The notes beneath the pieces were generated by a model, which was given only the letters and a program-made list of their open reading frames with translations, had not been told where the DNA came from and ran no database searches. DNA of 64,000 nt, taken from positions 496,001 to 560,000 of the forward strand of contig VJWM01000068.1 of the NCBI GenBank assembly GCA_010909165.1, written 5' to 3'. The stretch comes from Anthoceros angustus. Its lineage: Eukaryota; Plantae; Anthocerotophyta. The translations under genes and the position numbers were made by a program. Positions within the stretch are counted from its first letter, which is position 1. Each line of letters starts with the position of its first letter. Positions 36,960 through 50,000 of the stretch are shown in pieces.

Positions 36960-38040
36960 TTGATGTGGTTGCATGATCTAACCTGACAGGCCTGATTGTT
37001 GAAGCTACTGATGCGGCAGGGTCCGCTGATCTTGGTGTGCTTGTTGACCACCTTGCTGAGGTTGTTGTGTTTGAGCTGGCTTTCTCCGCTTGAATGTCGT
37101 CATGATGGCCACACTTTGCCTTTCGAACTTCTCCGCCTGCTCTAAACCGAATGCCTTTGGCACTCTCTCCTTTCGCACAGTCAAGTAGGGGAGCATTCGT
37201 TGGAGAACTTCCATGTAGCGGTACAACTTCGAGAGAAGTTCTGGCGGCATTACCTAACATATCCACCAACCCTTGCATCAGCACACCATCACAAATGCTT
37301 GCACAATTTGCATGTCTCCAAGGGGGAGGGGGGGAGGGACAGAAGAAAGGGGGGAGGGAGGAGGGAGGGAAGAGCAGGGCAGGAGAGGTACAGCGAGAGA
37401 AGGGAGCGAAGGGAGAGAAAAGAGGGAGATGGAGAGGCTAAAAGGAGGGAAGGGACGGGAGTGGGGGACCGACCAACCTGTGTGCTCTTCCACGATAGCA
37501 TGTTGTAAAGGTCTGTCATGTCTTGGAAATACTGGTCCTTCAAGACTTGGAGCTAACAGGATTATCATACTTGGGTCAGACACCCCGACCAAGGCCATAT
37601 CAGTAAACCAGCTGTGCATCGTGAAAGTTAAGTAATCACCTTGGCCCACACAAAATCATCCTCGATGGAATGCCCTGACAAAACAAACACGAGATAAAGC
37701 AACAAGACATGGACAGTAGGCTACTAAAAACTTTTTGCCTCAATTTTCGATCTTCAGTCTCCAAATCCTTGGTCAGTGGTTCTATTTCTTGTAGCAGATT
37801 AAACTCCGTGACCTGGAAGCGTTACCCACACCACACCATGGCACACGCGCCCTGCCTAAACCCTCCCTGTCTCACCTGATGGGTCAACATCCTCGGCAAT
37901 TGCCATTCCTCGTCACCAGGAGTCAGCGCTCGGGCTCTCCTCTCCGACAAGCAAGCTTCCTGCTCAAGCCTTCTCCTCTCCGGGGAACAGCAAAAGCTTC
38001 CAGCTCAAGACTTCGTGGGCCACGAACCCGACTGCCACTA
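36960..38040 (-). pseudogene. MED15a-like copy C (middle domain; lacks KIX exons 1-2 and the Q-rich exon)
   Basis: LQVLKDQYFQDMTDLYNMLSWKSTQ; MPPELLSKLYRYMEVLQRMLPYLTVRKERVPK. Exon-3-like piece at about 37875-37945. Confidence 0.7.
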
Positions 38041-38424
38041 GAAGAATGAAGAAGTATATTAAAGTCTATTAAGGACGGAATTTTGGTTATAGGGACTGAT
38101 AAAGCAGAAATACATAAAAAGCATTATGTTTAGCCGCTATTTTACATTTAACCTAAATATTATAGATGTAAAATATATTCAAATATAAAAAATATCTAGC
38201 ATGTTGAAAGGTATGGAATACCGATCTGGTCACGTGGCATCCACATTTTTTTAGGGTTGTGGACAGAAAGAAATAGTCATGCCGCATACGGCGGAACTAT
38301 TTCGGTATGTCACGCATGACCACATCGGTGGGGCTGCGGCCCCCCGGTGTCCCGATGTCGTCAACCTATCCCATGATGCCCGAAAAGATTTCACGACACA
38401 GAAACTTTTCTTCTCTCGGGTCTA

Positions 38425-38490
38425 GGGTTGCGTTTAGGTCTTTTGCGTTGCCGCGCCATTGCGGCAACGCAAAAGACCTAAACGCAACCC
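38425..38490. other. Perfect 30-bp inverted repeat with a 6-nt loop
   Basis: GGGTTGCGTTTAGGTCTTTTGCGTTGCCGC gccatt GCGGCAACGCAAAAGACCTAAACGCAACCC. Confidence 0.95.
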
Positions 38491-39364
38491 GGCATCCACA
38501 ATTTGTTAGGGTTGTCAGCGGTTGCGTTAGCGCTGCGCATACCGCACTGCATTGCTTATCGATCGCGTTTGTGTTTGCGGCGCGGCTGAGTGTGTTTGCC
38601 CTTACGTGTAAGGCAACAGTGTTTGGCACTGGCTGCATATAGGGCTGCAACGTTTCCTAGCCCTGCTGCGTATTTGGGGTGCAATTTCACATAGCACTAA
38701 CTACCCCGAAACAAGCTTGTACCAGAAGGACCAACATAGAAGGGCTTCCATGAAAACAGTCGCACACATACAAGGCTTGCACCCAAAAAAGCCTGCAGTG
38801 CAAAAGCATACAGTTCAAAGGGCCTAGTGGACTACATAACGCAGCAGGGTGATCCCTGTCCATGCCCACGGCGTGGTCACTCGTCTGGCCGCCGAGGTAC
38901 TCAGGCCTCCCGCCCGCCTCGCACTCCTTGCACAATGTCATCAGTACCAGGTGGAGGCGGTACATATCGGGGAGGAAGTCCATGCCCTCCAAGCCGTTCG
39001 CATAAGAACAATGTAGAAGTTCAGAACAGAGTATATCGAACTTTTCTATGGAATACTGATCTGGTCACACGGGAGCGTGCGTGTGACTTTCGTTTTTTGG
39101 GCGTACACTACGGAAATATGCCACGGCATCTTTCAGATACTTGCATACAATATACGTATAATACGTACCACATCAGCTTCTTAGGTTCGTACGCGGGGCA
39201 AAAACGTTTTATGACACGATCAGACGCCGGGCGTTCCGATTGTGTCATGCACATGTTTTCTTGTTTAGGGTTTTAGGGTTTCGATCCGATCAACACACAT
39301 ACATGTTAAATAGGCGAGCAAGACACACATACACAAATTTTTGTTCGCCAGGAACTGCATATCG

Positions 39365-39564
39365 CAATAGGATTCAAGGTCAAGTGACCAGTAGGATTCA
39401 AGGCTAGGACTATATAAGGCCAAGCCCACTTACTTGTAAGGTATGGTGTGTGCAAGTGTTCTTGTGTGCTTGTGTGCTAGTATCTAGTGTGCCTAGTGCA
39501 CATAACCCATATTGTATGGGAGTGTTGTGTTCCCTCTCTATAAAGGCTCACCTCTTTTCTTAAT
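39365..39564 (+). mobile_element. 3' half of a copia LTR
   Basis: Starts at CAATAGGATTCAAGG and runs to the LTR end (CTCTTTTCTTAATA). Confidence 0.85.
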
Positions 39565-39569
39565 AGAAC

Positions 39570-39846
39570 TTTTGCCCTTGCTTGTCTTGATGCTGCAACT
39601 AAGAAAGTGTTTGCTGTTGCTGGTGCAGTGATTGCATCTGGACTAACGTGGCATTTGCTGAAGTTGTACTTGATGTGTTTGCATCGCAGCGATTGCGTCT
39701 GGACCAACGTGGCATTTGCTGAAGCTGTACTTGATGTGTTTGCATCATCTGACCTGACACATGATGAACCTCATTTGCTGAAGCTGTACTTGATGTGTTT
39801 GCATCATCTGACCTGACACATGATGAACCTCCAGCAGAATGGAGGA
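39570..39846. pseudogene. Scrambled MED15a-like exon fragments (copy D)
   Basis: Text parallels 32495-32610, is internally duplicated, then switches strand to ATGATGAACCTCCAGCAGAATGGAGGAG. Confidence 0.7.
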
Positions 39847-40180
39847 GTAATTCTCTTGGACAAACCCCTAACTGGCAGTATACAGAGAACCCCGAGTAAT
39901 TCTCTTGGACAAACCCCTAAGGCGTTATCTGAGAGAACCACAGTAATTCTCTTGGACAAACCCCTAAGCGATATCTGAGAACCGAGTAATTCTCTTGGAC
40001 AAACCCCTAACTGGCAGTATACAGAGAACCCTGAGTAATTCTCTTGGACAAACCCCTAACTGGCAGTATACAGAGAACCCTGAGTAATTCTCTTGGACAA
40101 ACCCCTAACTGGCAGTATACAGAGAACCCTGAGTAATTCTCTTGGACAAACCCCTAACTGGCAGTATACAGAGAACCCCT
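39847..40180. repeat. 49-bp minisatellite, 7 copies
   Basis: GTAATTCTCTTGGACAAACCCCTAACTGGCAGTATACAGAGAACCCTGA. Copies 2-3 are degraded. Confidence 0.92.
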
Positions 40181-40589
40181 AAAATCTGATGAAAATCCCA
40201 AGTACGGATCTCCCTCCTCTTCTGCTCCCCGGCCCTCATGAAGTATCACACCACCTGGACTTGGACTTGCATTCCATCTACTAGTGTGTGCGGTATTGGT
40301 GAGGATCAACATCAGTTCCAGCGCGAGCTGGTTCCGTCTTCACATCCCTAGCCCGTCAAGACTCCCTCCTAATTCCCTTCTAAACCCGAGCCTGGCCGAG
40401 ACGGAACGACGAGAGCACCGTTGGGTCCGGACGGGAACAGGACGACGCGGGGACCCGACGGGTCTGTTCCCCTCCCTTCCCGTCCCGCCGCGCTCGTCAC
40501 GCGTTCTTGTTAATCAAGCGTTAAGTATATTTTTGTATTAATAGATTTTATTATTTACTAAGTATACTGGGGCCCTCTCTCTAGAGGGT

Positions 40590-40800
40590 TGTTCCCATTG
40601 CCCCAAAATACACACATTTATAAGAACGTGGTTATTAAGCATCCTGCACTTGGAGCGGTACTTAGATGGAGTGTCTAAAGGGAATGGATGCCCTTGGTGC
40701 AAGTAGCTTAGGCATACCATGGTACAAGTTGTTAAGTACCAAGTCCCATGACGGAAATCCGTCCTTAGTGGACTTAAATAAAATTCTTCTTCTTCTTCGA
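40590..40800. repeat. Dispersed repeat (inverted counterpart at about 58945-59165), possibly LTR-derived
   Basis: GGATGCCCTTGGTGCAAGTAGCTTAGGCATACCATGGTACAAGTTG.AAGTACCAAGTCCCA reverse-matches about 58995-59070. Confidence 0.65.
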
Positions 40801-41061
40801 TGTAGGTGGAACTTCTAATCGTCTATACATTCCATAAGAAAAAAGAGAGTATATTATATTATATTATTAATTATATTTTATTTGTTAATTATTTTCATAC
40901 CTACATCCACGAAAAGCTGATAATGCCGGTTTTAGCCATTGTTTTACAGGCTTGAATGTAGTGAGGGTGATTAGGGCTGCAGTTTATTTACTGCAATAAG
41001 TCCATTTTCATCTATAAGTTTCTTTTCTTTTACTGATCTTATTTTATTGTGGGAGTATGCT

Positions 41062-44000
41062 TCCTATTGGTCACTTGACTTTGAATCCTTCTAGTCACTT
41101 GACTTGCCCCTTACTTTTGGACTTTCTAGAAGATACTTTCTAGAAGATGCATGACTTTCAAGTTTGTTATTTTTAGGGCACTCTTCATAACCTGTTTTTA
41201 GGGCACTCTTCATAACATATTTTGATATGTTGTAATAAATCACTTCTAATAAATCAACATATCAAAATTATTCCCTTAGGCCTAGCATCTTGCTAATCCT
41301 AGCATGTTTTTCTAAAGTCAAGGCTTTGGTCAAAATATCTGCCGGCATGTCTCCTGTTGGACAATACTCTAGCTTTACCTCTTTTGACTTTACCTTCTCT
41401 CTTATAAAGTGATGTTTCACTTCGATGTGCTTGGTTCTAGCATGAAAAGTTGCATTCTTGGCTAAGAAGATGCAACCTTGATTGTCGGTGAAGATTGTTG
41501 TTGCTTCCTTCTGCTTGAATCCCATCTCCTCTAGCAAGTTACGCAACCATATTGCCTCCATGACGCAGAGCATGTTGCCATATTCTCGTCAGAGGATAGA
41601 GCCACGAGGTTGTCTCCTACTATTCCAAGAAATGGCTCCTCCATTCAGCATAAACGCATATCCAGTCGTAGACTTGCGACTATCAACATCTCCTGCCCAC
41701 TCTGAATCACAATATCCTACCACTCGGACTTCCTTCTGCTGCTCCTATTGATACACCAGATTCCAATGCTTTGTACCACTCAAGTACCTCATTATCCTCT
41801 TCACGGCTTGAAACTGCTGTTGTCCAGGGCTAGCCATAAATTGACTTGCAACTCCCATCGCCTGCAATGTCGCCTTGTCCTCAGATAAATAGGTGAGGCA
41901 TCCAACAACAACGATAGAGAGTTTTATCTACCTTCTCCTTCTCTTCTTCAGTTGTAGGACTCATCTCCTTTGAGAGCTTCTCATTAAGCACCATTGGTGT
42001 CTTCACAGGCTTGCACTCTTGCATTCTAAAGCGCTTCAGGACATTCAACAGCGTCTCTCAGCATAGGGGTTATTCTCCATTAAAGGGGTTTGAGTCCCTA
42101 AAGACCAAAAAATGACCCCCGAAAACGGGCCAAAATGGATCATCTTTAGCAAAACTACTCTTTAGACATGTACTGAAAGACATTGACCATGTTATTTTCT
42201 CATGAATACTTACGCTAATGGTTTGAAGCCAAGAAGGTTCATGGATTTCACCTTCACAAGGAAGGGATTTCAAGGATTTTTAACGGTGCTAGGAATCCTA
42301 AACACCTCTTTCGCAGCGATAGTACTTCCTAGCGGGGTGAGCAGTAGGCAAACCAAACAAAATTAGTCCAGAAGCCAAGCACGGACGTCCCGCAACCAAC
42401 ACGCAAAAGTAGCAATTTGCAAGCGAAAGAGAACGGACGTCCGGCGCAATTGTGAAGAACATTAACCGATAGCCGATCATGGCCATCTCGAGAGGACCAA
42501 ACTACGACTCTAGAAAGTAGGACGCCCTGGTGCACGTGAGTACACAACCGGATCTCCATTGTTAGAGTGAAAAACATAGAAGGAATTGGAACAATGCGCC
42601 GACGCTCGCACATTGGCGAGTCAAAGCTCGCACCGGACGTCCGCGATTGAGACCCCAATCTTGCGGGCGTCCAGCAAGATGGCAATGGTGGAATGGGGAC
42701 GTCCGGCGCAAATATATATATATTTTTTGTATTCCTTCTATAGCATCCGTAAGGGTGGGGATAGACATATTGGCATAAGAACTCCAAGGTTAGGCACCCT
42801 CGGGTCGGATCAGTACTAGGATGGGGTGCTTGACTTTTGGTGCTTTGAGGAACTCCATGGTTAAGCACTCTTGGGTCGAATTAGTACTAGGATGGGGTGC
42901 TTGACTTTTGGTGCTTTGAGAACTGGTTAAGCATGATTAGAACTAGGATGGCTTGCTTGTTTTGGCGCTTTGAAAACTTTGTAACAACTCCATCTTAAGC
43001 AACCTAGAGGCGTATCAATACTAGGATGGAGTGTTGATTTTTAGTGGTTTGAAAAATTTGTAAATCATCCCAGATCTAGGCGTAAAGTCATGAATATTAT
43101 TTTTGAAAATCATTTGTTGGTTGATGTTATATTCCCACATTCGCTTTGTATACAACATGTAAAACCTTTTGGCCTTACTCTATGTGCCCCTTCCGATGAC
43201 TTGCGGTGGATCTCTTTGATTGGTCGCCAAAATGTCCGCTCATTCGAGTTTGATGCACGATAGATGCATGGGCCTTGGTTTCTAGATGAAAAGTAATGAA
43301 AGCACAGCCGGATGCGATCGAACACAAGTATAAGAGAGCATCTGCACACGAGCCCTAGTGAGAGCCGGTATCTCGAAGAAATGGTCGCCCAGTGGGGTTT
43401 TGACCAAATGGCTGAGTATTTGTGAGGCTCTGAAGGAGGACCTGTCTATACCTACTGTGACGCCCACTACAACTATGGCGCAGCTAGGTGTTCAGAGACG
43501 AACTATAGCCAAGCTTCGCCAGAGATTTTGAATTTAAGATCGACTTGCTCCATGTGCCACCCATGGATAGATTAAGGTTGAAAGCGATGCGGACTTGACA
43601 AGAAGAAATGTAAGCTACGAAGAGTTTGATCAAGAGCGGTTGAGAGGCCTCACCATCCTTTACCTTGTCCAATTCTGCTGAGCCTAATCTGCGGATCTAA
43701 GTGCGGCTTATCTCCGACACGGAGGGGCCGGGTCGAGGCGGGTACGTGGGATTGCTCTGAATCACGGGGTTTGAAAAGAGAATTGATGTGAGTGTTGGTG
43801 CGGTGGCAAGTGTGCACAAGCAACTTGCAGGCAGTGCTTGCCTACACAAGTATTGACGCAACCCTCTCCAAACCCGTGTATTGCACCTCTTTGGAGTATA
43901 AGTCGTCGGACGTTCGGTGCACTCCGACTCTTTGGAGCATAAGTCGCGATCATCCGCCACTTGGTACAAAGGTGTGTCCGTCATTTGTGCGGACGGTGGG

Positions 44001-47000
44001 CACATTAGGTCTTCTTTGGGCTCGGATGCATGGGTGGGTTCGCAAATCAGCAGCGAAATCAGACATGTGCATTTCTGGATAGTTGGGGCCAAAATGGGGT
44101 TCGGAGACAAACCCGTATGCTGAGAAACACTGTTATTCTCAACATATGTCCTTTGGCTCAAAGAGATCTTCTTGTTAGTACTCTCTCATTACTTCTATCC
44201 TAGAAAGTAATGAAGTTCACCTAGATCCTCATATCAAAACTATCATTAAGACTCTTCTTGTACTCTAAGAGCTCCAAATCATTGCAAACAAGGATTAGAT
44301 CATCCACATAGACAGAATGATCATCATGGACTCTCCCACTCTCTTCACATAGATGTTCCAATCTCCATTGGTTTCTTGAAACCTCTAGCTTGGAAGAACT
44401 TGTCAATCTTAACATACTGTAAGTGCATTGCTTAAGACCATAAGTGCCTTTAGCAATTTACATACCTCACTTTCCGTGACCGGCACTTCATACCCTTCCG
44501 TTGGTTCATTTAGATCTCTTCTTCCAAATCTCCATTGAGAAACGCAGCTTTGGACATCCATGTGATGTATCTCCGGATCCATGGTAGCTATTGCTAAGAG
44601 TATACGAATGGATGTTATCTTAGCAAGCGGGGAGAAAGTGTCGGTGTAGTCAATACCGCACTTGTGTATATCCCTTCCCCACTACCTTGTTTTGGCGCTT
44701 TGAAAACTTTGTAACAACTCCAATCATAAGCAACCTAGAGGCGTATCAATACTAGGATGGAGTGTTGATTTTTAGTGGTTTGAAAAATTTGTAAATCATC
44801 CCGTATCTAGGCGTAAAGTCATGAATATTATTTTTGAAAATCATTTGTTGGTTGATGTTATATTCCCACATTCGCTTTGTATACAACATGTAAAACCTTT
44901 GGCCTTACTCTATGTGCCCCTACCGATGACTTGCAGCTGGATCTCTTTGATTGGTGCGCCAAATGTCCGGCTCATTCGAGTTTGATGCACGTATAGATGC
45001 ATAGGCCTTGGTTTCTAGATGAAAAGTAATGAAAGCCTGTCGGATGCAGTCGAACACAAGTATAAGAGAGCATCTGCCTGGCTACTGCGAGCCCTAGTGA
45101 GAGCCAGCGAGTATCTGAAGAAAGAGGGCTGGTTGCCCGAGCTGGGGGTTTTGACCAAATGGCTGAGTATTTCAGTGAGGCTCTGAAGGAGGACCTGTCT
45201 ATACCTACTGTGACGCCCACTACAACTATGGCGCAGCTAGGTGTTCAGAGACGAACTATAGCCAAGCTTCGCCATGAGATTTTGAATTTAAGATCTGACT
45301 TGCTCCATGTGCCACCCATGGATAGATTAAGGTTGAAAGCAGACGGACAAGAAGAAATGTAAGCTCAAGAGTTTGATCAAGAACGTTGAGGAGGCCTCAC
45401 CATCCTTTACCTTGTCCAATTCTGGGCCCAATGTCACAGATCTGCGCGGCTTATCTCCGACACTGAGGCCAGTCGATGGTATGCCTCCCCGTGGATTGCT
45501 CAATCACGGGGTTTGAAAAGAGAATTGATGTGAGTGAGAGGCGTGGCAAGTGTGCACAAGCAACTTGAACGAAAGTGCTTGCCTACACAAGTATTGACGC
45601 AACCCTCTCCAAACCCGTGTATTGCATCTCTTTGAGTATAAGTCGTCGGACGTCATGACTCTTTTGAGCATAAGTCGCGATCATCCGCCACTTGGTACAA
45701 AGGTGTGTCCGTAGTGACGGTGGGCACATTAGGTCTTCTTTTGGGCTCGGATGCATGGGCTGTGGGTTCGCAAATCACTGAAAACAGTGAAATCAGACAT
45801 GTGCATTTCTGGATAGTTGGGGCCAAAATGGGGTTCGGAGACAAACCCGTATGCTGAGAAACACTGTTATTCTCAACATATGTCCTTTGGCTCAAAGAGA
45901 TCTTCTTGTTAGCCCTGTCTCTCATTACTTCTATCCCTAGAAAGTAATGAAGTTCACCTAGATCCCTCATATCAAAACTATCATTAAGACTCTTCTTCAG
46001 TACTCTCTAAGAGCTCCAAATCATTGCAAACAAGGATTAGATCATCCACATAGACAGAATGATCATCATGGACTCTCCCACTCTCTTCACATAGATGTTC
46101 CAATCTCCATTGGTTTCTTGAAACCTCTAGCTTGGAAGAACTTGTCAATCTTAATCTTAACATACCCGCAGATTGCTTGAACTATAAAGACCATACATAC
46201 CTCACTTTCCAACGCACTTGGCACTTCATACCTGTCTGGTTCATTTAGATCTCTTCTTCCAAATCTCCATTGAGAACGCCTTGGACATCCATGTGATGTA
46301 TCTCCGGATCCATGGTAGCTATTGCTAAGAGTATACGAATGGATGTTATCTTAGCAGGAGAAAGTGTCGTAGTCAATACCTGGCACTTGTGTATATCCCT
46401 TCCCCACCAGCCTTGCTTTGTATCGCTCTATGCTCCCATCAGCGTTGTGCTTGATCTTGAACACCCATTTGGATCCTATGCACTTCCTTCCTTGGGGTAG
46501 AGGAGTGATTTCCCAAGTCTTGTTCTTGATAAGTGAGTTATACTCACTATCCAGGGCTTCTTTCCACTCCTTCGCCTTTGGCCCTTCCAAGGCTTCCTTC
46601 AAGCTTTGCGGCTCATCAGCATCTGCCAACATAGCCTCTTCGCACTTACATGTATTCATGGACTCCAAAATTTTCTGCGAAGGTTTCCATCGCCTTGATG
46701 ATCTCCTGATCTGGGTCGGCAGCTCCTCTTGGATTCTTCGATCTCGCTCCTCTTCATGATCCTCGATCATCCGCCACTTGGTACAAAGGTGTGTCCGTCA
46801 TTTGTGGACGGTGGGCACATTAGGTCTTCTTGGGCTCGGATGCATGGGCATGGGTTCGCAAATCAAAGCAGTGAAATGAGACATGTGCATTTACGGATGG
46901 TTGGGGCCAAAATGGGGTTCGGAGACAAACCCTATCTTTGGCTCTTTATTATTCTCAACATATGTCCTTTGGCTCAAAGAGATCTTCTTGTTAGCTCTCT

Positions 47001-50000
47001 CATTACTTCTATCCTAGAAAGTAATGAAGTTCACCTAGATCCCTCATATCAAAACTATCATTAAGACTCTTCTTGTACTCTCTAAGAGCTCCAAATCATT
47101 GCAAACAAGGATTAGATCATCCACATAGACAATGATCATCATGGACTCTCCACTCTCTTCACATAGATGTTCCAATCTCCATTGGTTTCTTGAAACCTCT
47201 AGCTTGGAAGAACTTGTCAATCTTAACATACCGGGCAAGTGCAGTTGCTTAAGACCATAGAGTGCCTTTAGCAATTTACATACCTCACTTTCCCATACGG
47301 CACTTCCCTTCGTTGGTTCATGTAGATCTCTTCTTCCAAATCTCCATTGAAAGCAGTTTGGACATCCATGTGATGTATCTCCGGATCCATGGTAGCTATT
47401 GCTAAGAGTATACGAATGGATGTTATCTTAGCAGGGAGAAAGTGTCGGTGTAGTCAATACACGCACTTGTGTATATCCCTTCCACCAGCCTTGCTTTGTA
47501 TCGCTCTATGCTCCCATCGTTGTGCTTGATCTTGAACACCCATTTGGATCCTATGCACTTCCTTCCTTGGGGTAGAGGAGTGATTTCCCAAGTCTTGTTC
47601 TTGATAAGTGAGTTATACTCACTATCCAGGCTTCTTTCCACTCCTTCGCCTTTGGCCCTTCCAAGGCTTCCTTCAAGCTTTGCGGCTCATCAAGATCCGC
47701 CAACATAGCCTCTCAGACTTACATGTATTCATGGACTCCAAAATTTTCTGCGAAGGTTTCCATCGCCTTGATGATCTCGATGCGGGTCGGCTCCTCTTGG
47801 ATTCTTCGATCTCGCCTCCTCTTCATCATCCTCGATATCCGGCTTCCACCTTCTATATCACCTTGTGGTAGAGGTTGCTCATGCTCAGAACAGTTGAGCA
47901 TGCTCAAGAGTAGGTTGCTCAAGAACCAAGTCTTGTGCTTCTTCACGCCTCCTTCAACTCCTTGATGACAACTTCATGCTTGCTCCCACTCCTTTGTTAG
48001 GTTCCACAACCTCATGAAAACAACATCCTCGAAAATGATTTTCTTGGTTGTAGGGTTGTATAATCTATACCCTTTACCTCATCGGAATACCCAAGCATGA
48101 TGCAATCGGATGCCTTTAGGATCCCACTTGGTTCGGTTTTGCTTTGGAACATGAGCATAAACCCCAACCAAAGATCCTAAAATGACTCACGTTAGGTTTG
48201 ACACTGCACCATGCCTCCGGGGTCATTCCAGTCTGACCTTGGTTGGAACTCTATTCAAAACATGAGTTGTGAGCACCTCTCCCAAAACGACCTCCAACCC
48301 ACTTTGATGGAGCATGCACTTGGCCGCCTCCACTAGGCTCCTTAGCTTGCGCCCGCCACTCCATTTTGCTCCGGCAGGTGAGGAATTGTTAGCCCTGCTC
48401 TCATTACTTCTATCCCTAGAAAGTAATGAAGTTCACCTAGATCCCTCATATCAAAACTATCATTAAGACTCTTCTTGTACTCTCTAAGAGCTCCAAATCA
48501 TTGCAAACAAGGATTAGATCATCCACATAGACAATGATCATCATGGACTCTCCACTCTCTTCACATAGATGTTCCAATCTCCATTGGTTTCTTGAAACCT
48601 CTAGCTTGGAAGAACTTGTCAATCTTAACATACCGAGGCAAGTGCAGTTGCTTAAGACCATAAGTGCCTTTAGCAATTTACATACCTCACTTTCCATACG
48701 GCACTTCATACCCCTTCCGTTGGTTCATGTAGATCTCTTCTTCCAAATCTCCATTGAAAGCAGTTTGGACATCCATGTGATGTATCTCCGGATCCATGGT
48801 AGCTATTGCTAAGAGTATACGAATGGATGTTATCTTAACGGGGAGAAAGTGTCGGTGTAGTCAATACCGCACTTGTGTATATCCCCACCAGCCTTGCTTT
48901 GTATCGCTCTATGCTCCCATCGTTGTGCTTGATCTTGAACACCCATTTGGATCCTATGCACTTCCTTCCTTGGGGTAGAGGTGATTTCCCAAGTCTTGTT
49001 CTTGATAAGTGAGTTATACTCACTATCAGGCTTCTTTCCACTCCTTCGCCTTTGGCCCTTCAAGGCTTCCTTCAAGCTTTGCGGCTCATCGACGCCAACA
49101 TAGCCTCTTCGCACTTGCATGTATTCATGGACTCCAAAATTTTCTGCGAAGGTTTCCATCGCCTTGATGATCTCGATGCGTGCTCCTCTTGGATTCTTGA
49201 TCTCGCTCCTCTTCATCATCCTCGATATCCCTTCTCTATCACCTTGTGGTAGAGGTTGCTCATGCTCGAGAACAGTTGAGCATGCTCAAGAGTAGGTTGC
49301 TCAAGAACCAAGTCTTGTGCTTCTTCACGCTCCTTCAACTCCTTGATGACAACTTGCGTTGCTCCCACTCCTTTGTTAGGTTCCACAACCTCATGAAAAC
49401 AACATCCCTCACAAAAATGATTTTCTTGGTTGTAGGGTTGTATAATCTATACCCTTTACCTCCTTGAATACCCAAGCATGATGCCTTTGGATGCCTTTAG
49501 GATCCCACTTGGTTCGGTTTTGCTTTGGAACATGAGCATAAACCTCGGAACCAAAGATCCTAAAATGACTCACGTTAGGTTTGACACGGACCATGCCTCC
49601 TCGGGGTCATTCCAGTCTGACCTTGGTTGGAACTCTATTCAAAACATGAGTTCTTTGTAGCGACCTCTCCCAAAAGCGTACCTCCAACCCACTTTGATGG
49701 AGCATGCACTTGGCCGCCTCCACTAGGCTCCTTAGCTTGCGCTCCGCCACTCCATTTTGCTCCGGTGTGTGAGGAATTGTTAGTTGCCTCCGAATGCCAT
49801 GCTCCTTGCAAAAGCTTTTGAATTGAGAAGAGATGTATTCTCCTCCATTGTCACTCCTAAGTGTCTTGAGGCATTCTCCACTTTCGTTCTCCACCAAGGC
49901 TTTCCACTCCTTGAATATCTTAAACACTTCGAACTTCTCCTTCAAAAGGTATATCCAACTCCTCCTTGTGAAGTCATCCACAAACACTAGAATGTAGCGG

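Noticed and set aside
38425-38490. Rho-independent terminator
   Set aside because: Eukaryotic nuclear DNA, no U-tract, and the stem is too long.
39847-40180. CRISPR-like array
   Set aside because: Units are contiguous and near identical with no unique spacers, no cas genes, and the context is eukaryotic.
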